Source of the DNA: a virus
Reading direction: 5' to 3' (one strand)
Virus record (IMG/VR): IMGVR_UViG_3300045988_062587
Length of the DNA: 55,142 nt
Shown: positions 24,240-30,864 of the stretch, piece after piece
Layout: every line of letters begins with the position of its first letter
How positions within the stretch are numbered: position 1 is the first letter of the stretch
Translations under genes and position numbers: made by a program
The notes under the pieces: model-generated
Seen by the model: the letters and a program-made list of their open reading frames with translations, nothing else
Told to the model about the DNA's origin: nothing
Databases searched by the model: none

Positions 24240-24613
24240 CACTCAGCCTCGCTTTCGTTCTTGATGCAGATACCGAGCGCAGAGAATAAGAGCATCAGGC
24301 CAACTTCATCTCCGTCATCCAGGCTCATAAAGTCGAGCTCCCCGGCCACAAAGCCCTCGCGGAGAATCACAGCGGTGCCCACAATGGGCTGACCATGTTC
24401 CGGCGTACCGTAGAGAATGCTGGCAATGCTGTTGATGGCGTAGCCTTTCAGCAGTCCCTCATCATCAATCACCATGCACAGTCCTTCCGGCAGATACTTG
24501 GGATGAACCACATCGATGCAACCGCCGACCTCTTTCTGGAGGTTGTCCAGCAGCGGTTCGCCGAAGTCCTTGAACTGCATCTGATTCTCGGTGTCGAATA
24601 CCAATCCTTTCAT
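24239..24613 (-). CDS. DUF3846-like protein
   Basis: MKGLVFDTENQ...LQKEVGGCIDVV....L.MVIDDEGLLKG pattern. An AAGGAG RBS precedes the ATG at 24613. Confidence 0.6.
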   Translation of the reverse strand: MKGLVFDTENQMQFKDFGEPLLDNLQKEVGGCIDVVHPKYLPEGLCMVIDDEGLLKGYAINSIASILYGTPEHGQPIVGTAVILREGFVAGELDFMSLDDGDEVGLMLLFSALGICIKNESEAE

Positions 24614-24617
24614 AAAA

Positions 24618-24797
24618 TCACTCCTTTTCCGGGAAGCACTCACGGATTTCCCATGCGTCTGCGGCCTCTAAGCAGCGGTCGCAGCCAACGATTACGCCAT
24701 CATCGGTGCGGTAAACGGTATCACACCTCTGATGGCAGAGGGGGCACACAGGAGGGTCAGGGTAGCCAGCCTCCGCATCAGTCCTCGGATACAGCAT
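24618..24797 (-). CDS. Small zinc-ribbon protein (59 aa), below the ORF-track cutoff
   Basis: Verified codon by codon: MLYPRTDAEAGYPDPPVCPLCHQRCDTVYRTDDGVIVGCDRCLEAADAWEIRECFPEKE. GGGAGGTG RBS. Confidence 0.45.
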   Translation of the reverse strand: MLYPRTDAEAGYPDPPVCPLCHQRCDTVYRTDDGVIVGCDRCLEAADAWEIRECFPEKE

Positions 24798-24975
24798 CCA
24801 GCACCTCCCTGAGCTTGCGACCCATCCAGCGGCCTACGCCGTCGAACGTGCCGTTGCTGTCCAGCCAGACAAACACGGCCGCAACGACGGCAGTCAAAAC
24901 AAACTGCGCCGCCGGGGCACGAGCTGCTGCCTGTTCAGCGGTGAGGCCGTACACGGTCATCAGGATCTTAATCAC
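24778..24975 (-). CDS. Small single-TM protein (65 aa, GTG start)
   Basis: The GTG at 24975 overlaps the upstream TGA (GTGA) and has an AAAGGGGAG RBS. TM segment: APAAQFVLTAVVAAVFVWL. Confidence 0.4.
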   Translation of the reverse strand: MIKILMTVYGLTAEQAAARAPAAQFVLTAVVAAVFVWLDSNGTFDGVGRWMGRKLREVLDAVSED

Positions 24976-25148
24976 GTCTTGTTCTCCCCTTTCTTTCTTT
25001 GCTGGTAGGCCTCCCATGCGGCATCCAGCATGGCTTCTCCGTCCGGCATGGCCATGATTTTGAGGTAGAGCCTCTTGCAGCCCCGCGCCAGCCGGGCGGT
25101 ATCTTCGGGGCTGATTTCATCCAAGTGGATGTGTGGAACGCTATCCAT
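24972..25148 (-). CDS. Small hypothetical protein (58 aa), first gene after cro, below the ORF-track cutoff
   Basis: A GGAGG RBS precedes the ATG at 25148. Translation: MDSVPHIHLDEISPEDTARLARGCKRLYLKIMAMPDGEAMLDAAWEAYQQRKKGENKT. Confidence 0.4.
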   Translation of the reverse strand: MDSVPHIHLDEISPEDTARLARGCKRLYLKIMAMPDGEAMLDAAWEAYQQRKKGENKT

Positions 25149-25161
25149 GTAAACCTCCGTT

Positions 25162-25178
25162 GTTCAGTTTAACTGAAC
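25162..25178. promoter_or_regulatory. Operator palindrome GTTCAGTTTAACTGAAC (copy 2), abutting the cro stop codon
   Basis: Perfect 8-nt arms around one central base; identical to the copy at 25412-25428. Confidence 0.55.
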
Positions 25179-25388
25179 TTACAGGGCAAAAAAATAGTCT
25201 GGGATATCCGACACTTCGATTTTTAGTGCCTGACACGCAGCTTCGATTTCGTCCTGTTTCCAGTCAACCTTACCGTTGAGTTTGAGAGATGTGGTGCGGT
25301 CCGACCATCCCATACTCTTGCCAAATGCCCCTCTGGTTCCGAAAATCTCAACGATTCGGCCCAGCAGCTTGTTATAGCTTCTCTGCAT
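25179..25388 (-). CDS. Cro-like regulator (DUF739 family)
   Basis: FG...FGKSMGWSDRTTSLKLNGKVDWKQDEIEAACQALKI...DYFF matches the DUF739 pattern. Probable ATG at 25388 (AGAGGTGA RBS). The ORF track starts at the GTG at 25397. Confidence 0.7.
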   Translation of the reverse strand: MQRSYNKLLGRIVEIFGTRGAFGKSMGWSDRTTSLKLNGKVDWKQDEIEAACQALKIEVSDIPDYFFAL

Positions 25389-25411
25389 CGTTTTCACCTC
25401 TTTTCCGTTCG

Positions 25412-25428
25412 GTTCAGTTTAACTGAAC
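25412..25428. promoter_or_regulatory. Operator palindrome GTTCAGTTTAACTGAAC (copy 1), immediately downstream of the cro promoter -10
   Basis: Exact 17-mer lying between the Pcro -10 (25436-25441) and the cro RBS. Confidence 0.6.
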
Positions 25429-25435
25429 TGTTCAC

Positions 25436-25464
25436 ACTTTACCACAACGATTTCTCCTTGTCAA
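25436..25464 (-). promoter_or_regulatory. Early (cro) promoter TTGACA-N17-TGgTAAAGT
   Basis: On the minus strand the -35 is TTGACA (25464-25459), the spacer is 17 nt, and the extended -10 is TAAAGT (25441-25436). Confidence 0.55.
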
Positions 25465-25504
25465 TACAAAAATTCACTTTTTTTGAACTTTTTGGCTGGA
25501 ATAC

Positions 25505-25533
25505 TTGAACTTTTATTTATACCATGATATGAT
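25505..25533 (+). promoter_or_regulatory. Repressor promoter TTGAAC-N17-TATGAT
   Basis: -35 at 25505-25510, -10 at 25528-25533, followed by a GGAGG RBS and the ATG at 25558. Confidence 0.5.
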
Positions 25534-25557
25534 GTAACCATACTGGAGGTGAACCAA

Positions 25558-25932
25558 ATGAAGCCATCAACGACCGCAGAACGTCTGCAAGAAGCTATGA
25601 ATATCAGAGGTCTGAAACAGGTTGATGTTTTGAGGCTTGCAGAGCCGTACTGCCGCGCTTACGGTGTCAATCTTGGAAAAACCGCTTTGACCCAATATGT
25701 TTCAGGGAAAATCGTTCCTCGGCAAGATAAGCTAACCATCTTGGGATTAGCCCTTGATGTTTCAGAGGTATGGCTGATGGGCTACGATGTTCCCATGGAA
25801 AGAAAAACTGCGCCCATCCCCATGGAAGAGGATGAGCGCAGTAAAGAGTTCGTCGAACTATTTAATCAGCTCAGCACCGAGCAGAAAAAGGCCGTTCTTT
25901 ATGTTATGAAAGGCTTTTTAGAAAAGCAATGA
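25558..25932 (+). CDS. CI-like repressor, XRE-family HTH without an S24 peptidase domain
   Basis: HTH (ERLQEAMNIRGLKQVDVLRLAE...LTQYVSGK..P). Divergent from cro. ATG at 25558, 8 nt after GGAGG. The ORF track starts at the GTG at 25549. Confidence 0.8.
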   Translation: MKPSTTAERLQEAMNIRGLKQVDVLRLAEPYCRAYGVNLGKTALTQYVSGKIVPRQDKLTILGLALDVSEVWLMGYDVPMERKTAPIPMEEDERSKEFVELFNQLSTEQKKAVLYVMKGFLEKQ

Positions 25933-26032
25933 CACGTTCTTGATCTTCTGCTGACAGATGCAAGAACAGTTCAAGTGCCAGCATGGCGCGAAGCTGCTCT
26001 CGGACATCATCGGAATCGATGGAAACGTCCAT
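25904..26032 (-). CDS. Possible 42-aa ORF convergent with, and overlapping, the repressor 3' end
   Basis: An AAAGGAG RBS precedes the ATG at 26032. Translation: MDVSIDSDDVREQLRAMLALELFLHLSAEDQERVIAFLKSLS. It overlaps the cI-like gene by 29 nt. Confidence 0.3.
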   Translation of the reverse strand: MDVSIDSDDVREQLRAMLALELFLHLSAEDQERVIAFLKSLS

Positions 26033-26077
26033 AATATTCCGCTCCTTTCTGTAAAATTACTGCCAGCAGTTTATCTG

Positions 26078-26086
26078 ATTATACCA
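26078..26086 (-). promoter_or_regulatory. Extended -10 promoter element TGGTATAAT pointing antisense to the repressor gene
   Basis: The minus strand reads ctattcTGGTATAATcag, about 45 nt upstream of the 42-aa ORF. Confidence 0.35.
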
Positions 26087-26143
26087 GAATAGCACATGGT
26101 TTTCAGCCGTTTGTAAAATAATGCCAGAATGCGAGGGATAATT

Positions 26144-26266
26144 ATGTTTTTGACTACAACTGACAACATACAAGGCAAAAATGTAACGGAATATTTGGGT
26201 ATCGTAGCTTCTGTCATTCTGACCGTTATGCCTGGCGGCAACAAGATGATGGGTGTTTCTCTATGA
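26144..26266 (+). pseudogene. 5' fragment of a YbjQ/UPF0145-family gene (40 codons), translationally coupled to the BRCT gene
   Basis: MFLTTTDNIQGKNVTEYLGIVAS matches the conserved YbjQ N-terminus (compare E. coli [23 protein letters not shown]) and then diverges. Its TGA overlaps the next ATG. Confidence 0.5.
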
Positions 26267-26610
26267 ATCTGAAAGAAATCGCATCGCACTTGCAGGAATT
26301 TAAGAGTGTTTGTGTGACCGGGAATCCAGTCATGCTGAGAAATAGAACAGATTTTCTTGATATTATTTCTGCGTATGGCTTGACTATGGACATGAACGTG
26401 TCAAAAAAGACAGGTCTTTTGATTGTGTGCAGCGACTCAATGCAAAAGAAAATCGACAGAGCGGATGCCCTGAATATTCCAATCGTTTCGGAGCAGCAAT
26501 GGTTTGAACTCATGCCGGAACTTGAGGCCGCTGGAATGTGGAACGGAAAGCCAATTTCATTCGCGGATGACGATGGTATCTACCGTTTTGATGTGGGTGG
26601 TGATGGATAA
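26263..26610 (+). CDS. BRCT-domain protein
   Basis: VCVTGNPVMLRNRTDFLDIISAYGLTMDMNVSKKTGLLIVCSDS..KKIDRADALNIPIVSEQQWFELM resembles the LigA C-terminal BRCT domain. Its stop overlaps the integrase ATG. Confidence 0.7.
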   Translation: MNLKEIASHLQEFKSVCVTGNPVMLRNRTDFLDIISAYGLTMDMNVSKKTGLLIVCSDSMQKKIDRADALNIPIVSEQQWFELMPELEAAGMWNGKPISFADDDGIYRFDVGGDG

Positions 26611-28241
26611 TGGCAAAAAAGAAGAAGCCCGCCGGGGGCATTGCCGTCATCTATGCCCGCTACTCATCCCATAACCAAAGGGATGTTTCCATTGAGCAGC
26701 AGATCGAGGCGTGCCGGAAGCACGCTGCAGAACTCGGTCTGACCATTATTGCCACCTATGAAGACCGGGCGATCAGTGGTCGCACCGATAACCGCCCGGC
26801 ATTCCAGCGCTTGATGCACGATGCCGAAAAAGGCAAATTCAGCTATGTGTTGGCGTGGAAGTCCAACCGCATGGGACGGAACATGATGCAGGCAATGGTG
26901 AACGAATCCCGCCTGATGGACTGCGGCATAAAAGTCTACTATGCCGAGGAAGATTTTGACGATTCAGCCGCTGGGCGGTTTGCCCTGCGCAGCATGATGA
27001 ATGTCAATCAGTTCTATTCGGACAACCTCGCTGAAGACGTACGCCGCGGTCTGATGGATAATGCCAACAAGTGCATGGTCAATGGTCGGCAGCCTCTGGG
27101 CTACAAGCGGGGTAAGGATGGCAAGGTCGTGGTGGATGAGCCAGCGGCTGCCATCGTCCGTGAGGTCTACGCTCGTGTCGCTTCTGGCGAGTTATTCACG
27201 GACATTGCCCGTGATCTGAACCGCCGGGGCATAAAAACAGCTGATAAAGGCGAATGGAATAAGAACAGCTTTCACAGGCTGTGTTCCAACGAGAAATACC
27301 GTGGCATCTACATATACGGCGATGTTCGCATCGAGGGCGGCATCCCGACCATCATTGATGATACCCTGTGGTACAAGGTACAGGAGGCACTCCGAGTGAA
27401 AAAACTGAAAAGGAATGGCCGTCACCGTCCCGGCGATGAGGACTATCTTTTGACCGGGAAACTCCGGTGTGGGAAGTGCGGTGGCTACATGATCGGAATG
27501 TCCGGCAGATCAAAGACCGGAGATATCCACTACTATTACGCTTGTCAGAACAGGCGTGTCGGGCGCACCTGTGACAAGAAGAATATCCGCCGGGATGTTA
27601 TCGAGCCAGCGGTAGCACAGGCCATCAAGGAATACTGTCTGACCGATGATGCCATCGAATGGATTGCCGATAAAACTGTGGAATACTGGGAGAAGGCAGA
27701 CAGGAATCTCCAGCTTGATTCCATCGAGGGCGATCTGGCAGCCGTGCAGTCGTCTATCTCGAACGTGATGAAAGCCATCGAGATGGGTGTGGTCACAGAA
27801 ACAACTCGTGACAGGCTCATAGAATTGGAAAAGCAGCGTACCGACTTGAAGTCAAAGCTGGCACTTGCCAAAGAGGAAGTTGTCCATGTTGACCGTAAAA
27901 AACTGATTTCCAGCCTGCTGCTTTTCAGAAACGGCGACATCCACGACCGCCAATATCAGGAAGACCTTTTCAAGACATTCCTGATATCCGTGTATGTCTA
28001 CGATGACGATGACAATGGGCACTTAAAGATTGTATTTAACGCTTTCGGAGATAACAACACCGTTGATTTGCCTATTGATTTTGGTGAAACTGATAATCAA
28101 TCAGCATTTTCCGATGGAGCGGAAAAGTTCGATTATTCTCTCCATCGGTCAACCAAAAGAGAACTAGGCGAACACAGTACAATCGAGATGGTTGGTTCAG
28201 TGTTCGTCTTGTTTTGTTCCCTACCGAAAATAAGAAAGTAA
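26610..28241 (+). CDS. Large serine recombinase (integrase)
   Basis: Resolvase catalytic domain (AVIYARYSSHNQ...SIEQQ), a recombinase domain, a zinc ribbon (CGKCGG...YYYAC) and a coiled coil. Confidence 0.9.
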   Translation: MAKKKKPAGGIAVIYARYSSHNQRDVSIEQQIEACRKHAAELGLTIIATYEDRAISGRTDNRPAFQRLMHDAEKGKFSYVLAWKSNRMGRNMMQAMVNESRLMDCGIKVYYAEEDFDDSAAGRFALRSMMNVNQFYSDNLAEDVRRGLMDNANKCMVNGRQPLGYKRGKDGKVVVDEPAAAIVREVYARVASGELFTDIARDLNRRGIKTADKGEWNKNSFHRLCSNEKYRGIYIYGDVRIEGGIPTIIDDTLWYKVQEALRVKKLKRNGRHRPGDEDYLLTGKLRCGKCGGYMIGMSGRSKTGDIHYYYACQNRRVGRTCDKKNIRRDVIEPAVAQAIKEYCLTDDAIEWIADKTVEYWEKADRNLQLDSIEGDLAAVQSSISNVMKAIEMGVVTETTRDRLIELEKQRTDLKSKLALAKEEVVHVDRKKLISSLLLFRNGDIHDRQYQEDLFKTFLISVYVYDDDDNGHLKIVFNAFGDNNTVDLPIDFGETDNQSAFSDGAEKFDYSLHRSTKRELGEHSTIEMVGSVFVLFCSLPKIRK

Positions 28242-28249
28242 GTAAAAAA

Positions 28250-28288
28250 GACCCAAACCTCGCATGAAATGAGGTTTGGGTCTTTTTT
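28250..28288 (+). terminator. Rho-independent terminator after the integrase
   Basis: 12-bp stem GACCCAAACCTC/GAGGTTTGGGTC, 9-nt loop, T6 tract. Confidence 0.8.
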
Positions 28289-28306
28289 GTTTTATTTCCT
28301 GTTAGA

Positions 28307-28327
28307 TTTTTCCGAAATACGGAAAAA
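28307..28327. promoter_or_regulatory. Perfect palindrome TTTTTCCG-AAATA-CGGAAAAA (candidate operator or attP element)
   Basis: Read directly from the sequence, between the integrase terminator and the XRE gene. Confidence 0.3.
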
Positions 28328-28413
28328 CTTGCCGGAATAGAGGGTTTCTTGCCAAAATGCAGACAAGCCGACCATGAATCGGCTAAAATCAGCAACAAAG
28401 GAGACCAAAGGCT

Positions 28414-28680
28414 ATGATTAGGATTTTGCTGTCAACCCGCCTTGGCGAACGGCGGATGACACAGAGCGACCTTGCTCGTGTCACAGGGATTCGCAGTCAG
28501 ACTATCAACGAGTTGTACCACGATTTTGCGGAGCGTGTAAGTCTGGACGACCTCGACCTCATCTGTGAGGCACTGGACTGTGACCTCGAAGACCTCATTG
28601 TGCGAGAGCCCAACATTGAGCGCAGGGTCAAAGAGGTACGTCATATCCCTCAGACCGTGAACAAGTCTCGCAAGAAATAA
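28414..28680 (+). CDS. XRE-family HTH regulator (paralogue 1)
   Basis: MIRILLSTRLGERRMTQSDLARVTGIRSQTINELY...LDLICEALDCDLEDLI. Confidence 0.75.
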   Translation: MIRILLSTRLGERRMTQSDLARVTGIRSQTINELYHDFAERVSLDDLDLICEALDCDLEDLIVREPNIERRVKEVRHIPQTVNKSRKK

Positions 28681-28688
28681 CCTCTCCT

Positions 28689-28719
28689 GCCCGGATGCGT
28701 CAAGCATCCGGGCTTTTTT
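28689..28719 (+). terminator. Rho-independent terminator after XRE paralogue 1 (overlaps the 3' end of the convergent XRE gene)
   Basis: GCCCGGATGC-gtcaa-GCATCCGGGC followed by T6. Confidence 0.6.
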
Positions 28720-28927
28720 CGTTCTCATCCGGCACGAATTCCAGAAGATCTGCGGGCTGGCAGTCCAGAACGGTGCACAGCTTGTCCAGAACGTCCAACG
28801 GAATATGCTTGACGGAGTTGTTGTTCATGCCCGACAGAGTGGGCTGGCGAATCCCGGTCATTGCGACCAAATCCTTTTGTTTGATGCCTTTTTCGGCAAG
28901 CACGGCTTTCAACTTGATGCGAATCAT
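28700..28927 (-). CDS. XRE-family HTH regulator (paralogue 2), divergent from the cargo operon
   Basis: MIRIKLKAVLAEKGIKQKDLVAMTGIRQPTLSGM...LDKLCTVLDCQPADLL. Same architecture as the gene at 28414..28680. Confidence 0.75.
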   Translation of the reverse strand: MIRIKLKAVLAEKGIKQKDLVAMTGIRQPTLSGMNNNSVKHIPLDVLDKLCTVLDCQPADLLEFVPDENEKSPDA

Positions 28928-28948
28928 GTAAGCACCTCCCTTTTCTTC

Positions 28949-28977
28949 ACTATATCACACTTACCTGAAAATTGCAA
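28949..28977 (-). promoter_or_regulatory. Promoter of XRE paralogue 2: TTGCAA-N17-TGaTATAGT
   Basis: On the minus strand the -35 is at 28977-28972, the spacer is 17 nt, and the extended -10 ends at 28949. Confidence 0.5.
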
Positions 28978-28980
28978 CGC

Positions 28981-29004
28981 TTTTCGTAAAAATATTTACG
29001 AAAA
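28981..29004. promoter_or_regulatory. Inverted repeat TTTTCGTAAA-aata-TTTACGAAAA between the divergent promoters
   Basis: 10-nt perfect arms read directly from the sequence. Confidence 0.45.
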
Positions 29005-29018
29005 ATGTTGTTTTACTA

Positions 29019-29047
29019 TTGACATACAACGAAATTCGTTGTATAAT
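29019..29047 (+). promoter_or_regulatory. Consensus sigma-70 promoter of the cargo operon: TTGACA-N17-TATAAT
   Basis: Perfect hexamers at 29019-29024 and 29042-29047 with a 17-nt spacer. Confidence 0.7.
29026..29042. promoter_or_regulatory. Operator-like palindrome ACAACGAA-a-TTCGTTGT filling the promoter spacer
   Basis: Perfect 8-nt arms inside the -35/-10 spacer. Confidence 0.5.
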
Positions 29048-29106
29048 ATAGACATAGAGAGGAGGTTACGAGGTGCAAGGGAGCAACCCAAAGGGGGTGA
29101 TGCTCC

Positions 29107-29205
29107 ATGACAAGCAAGGAATTTGCAAAGCTCACCAGAGCCGAGCAGGTAGCCCGCTTTGAAGCATACAAAAAAGCGGCTCAGGATCGCACCCTGAACC
29201 GCTAA
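29107..29205 (+). CDS. Possible 32-codon leader ORF in the cargo-operon leader
   Basis: A GGGGGTGA RBS precedes the ATG at 29107. Translation: MTSKEFAKLTRAEQVARFEAYKKAAQDRTLNR. It is enclosed by the 12-nt complementary segments at 29070-29081 and 29232-29243. Confidence 0.3.
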   Translation: MTSKEFAKLTRAEQVARFEAYKKAAQDRTLNR

Positions 29206-29295
29206 CCGCTAAAAGCCCGTTATCCACAAGCCCCTTGCACCTCCATTTTATTTTTTTATTGAAGATTTGTCAAGAGTAAATCGGAGGTTTTCAGC

Positions 29296-29859
29296 ATGAA
29301 GTTCATTGACATCAACCGAGAGTTCACCGCAGCAGCCAATAGCTACATGGCGCAGGGCTACTACATCAACGCCGGAACGATGGGCGGAAGCCAGGGCGAG
29401 GTCGCTCACATCGACCTCACAAACGGCACCGAGATCATCCGGGTGCTGCTCACCACATTCAACAACTACCTTGGCACCGAGGGTGTGGAGCTGATTGTTG
29501 GCCGGGTCAAGGACGACATCAAGCCTAATCAGGAAGACCGCTGGAACACCGTCTGGAATGAGCGTCTGGAGGTCATCAGCAACAAGAAGTTCTACCGTCT
29601 GAACAACCGCGCACAGGATGGATTCTACGGCACAGAGGAGGAAGCAAACGCCGCCGAGGAGAAGCGGTTTGACCGCTACAAGAGCCGCCGCAGCAATGAC
29701 AGTGCGGTGGATGTGACCACAAAGGCCGCTCCGATGGTCAAAAAGTACATCCACGAGAAGTTCGGTGTCCGGCGCGTGAAGATGGACGACATCAAGGTCG
29801 TCAAGCACGGTGGCCGCTACACCGTCACCTACCACAAGCACGCTGCACAGCTGCACTAA
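29296..29859 (+). CDS. Hypothetical protein (187 aa), first cargo gene
   Basis: GGAGG RBS and natural Lys/Glu/Asn-rich composition; family not recognised. Confidence 0.7.
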   Translation: MKFIDINREFTAAANSYMAQGYYINAGTMGGSQGEVAHIDLTNGTEIIRVLLTTFNNYLGTEGVELIVGRVKDDIKPNQEDRWNTVWNERLEVISNKKFYRLNNRAQDGFYGTEEEANAAEEKRFDRYKSRRSNDSAVDVTTKAAPMVKKYIHEKFGVRRVKMDDIKVVKHGGRYTVTYHKHAAQLH

Positions 29860-29874
29860 AGGGAGGGCGCAAAG

Positions 29875-30813
29875 ATGGTCACGATTCAGAGCCAAAACTT
29901 CGGCGTTGAGATTGAAATGACGGGCGTTTCCCGCGGAACAGCCGCCTCCGTCATCGCCAACTACTTCGGTGTCGGCGGTATCCACTTTGCAGGTGGCACC
30001 TACCAGACGTACGAGGCCAAGGATAGCAAAGGCCGCGTATGGAAGTGCATGAGAGACGGTTCCATCACTCCCCGGCGGCGCAGAGGTGGTGCAATCGTAG
30101 AGGCAGACGATACCTACCGCTGCGAGGTCGTGACCCCGATTCTCCAGTATGAGGACATCACCGACCTGCAAGAGGTCATCCGGGCACTGGTCAAGAAGGG
30201 TGCCATGGCGAACAGCTCCTGTGGTATCCACGTCCATGTTGACGGTGCGAACCACACGCCCGAAAGCCTCTGCCGGCTGCTGAACTTCGCCACCGGGCGG
30301 CAGGATCTGTTCTACGAAGCCCTGCAGATCGGCAGCCGCGCAGACCACTGGTGCCACAAAATCAGCCCTGCCCTGTTCCGTGAAATGAAGAAGAACGGCC
30401 GGGCAAGCCGGAACGATGCAGAGCGCATCTGGTACAGCGTAGTGAATGACGGATATGATGGAGGTGTGGATTCTTCCCACTACAACAGCACCCGGTATCA
30501 CGGAATCAACCTCCATGCATTCTTCACAAAGGGCACCGTGGAGTTCCGGCTGTTCAACGGAACCACCCACGCCGGGCGCATCAAAGCATACGTTCAGTTC
30601 TGCTTGGCAATGAGCGCATGGGCTATCAACTGTGACCACGACAACCTTCACTTCAAGTCCATCAGCGGTTACACCCAGCAGCAGAAGCACGATTTGATGA
30701 TGCGAGTGCTCACCAAGCGTCTTGGCATGAGAGGCCCGGAATTCAAGACCGCCCGGCTGCATCTCACCTCTGCATTTTTGACAGAGGCCGAGAGCGAAAA
30801 TACCGCCGCCTAA
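29875..30813 (+). CDS. Amidoligase_2-family (GCS2/glutamine-synthetase-like) putative amidoligase
   Basis: FGVEIEMTG...W.CMRDGSI...CEVVTPIL.YEDI..LQEVIRAL...GA....SCGIHVHVD matches the mobile-element amidoligase pattern. Confidence 0.8.
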   Translation: MVTIQSQNFGVEIEMTGVSRGTAASVIANYFGVGGIHFAGGTYQTYEAKDSKGRVWKCMRDGSITPRRRRGGAIVEADDTYRCEVVTPILQYEDITDLQEVIRALVKKGAMANSSCGIHVHVDGANHTPESLCRLLNFATGRQDLFYEALQIGSRADHWCHKISPALFREMKKNGRASRNDAERIWYSVVNDGYDGGVDSSHYNSTRYHGINLHAFFTKGTVEFRLFNGTTHAGRIKAYVQFCLAMSAWAINCDHDNLHFKSISGYTQQQKHDLMMRVLTKRLGMRGPEFKTARLHLTSAFLTEAESENTAA

Positions 30814-30864
30814 AAACCGAAAAGCTGCGCTATCTGGCTATACGGGCATTTGGAGGATATGACA

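Noticed and set aside
25933-26040. Inverted repeat GTTCTTG...CAAGAAC after the repressor gene as a terminator
   Set aside because: It has a 7-bp stem with an 18-nt loop and no following T-tract, which is not convincing as an intrinsic terminator.
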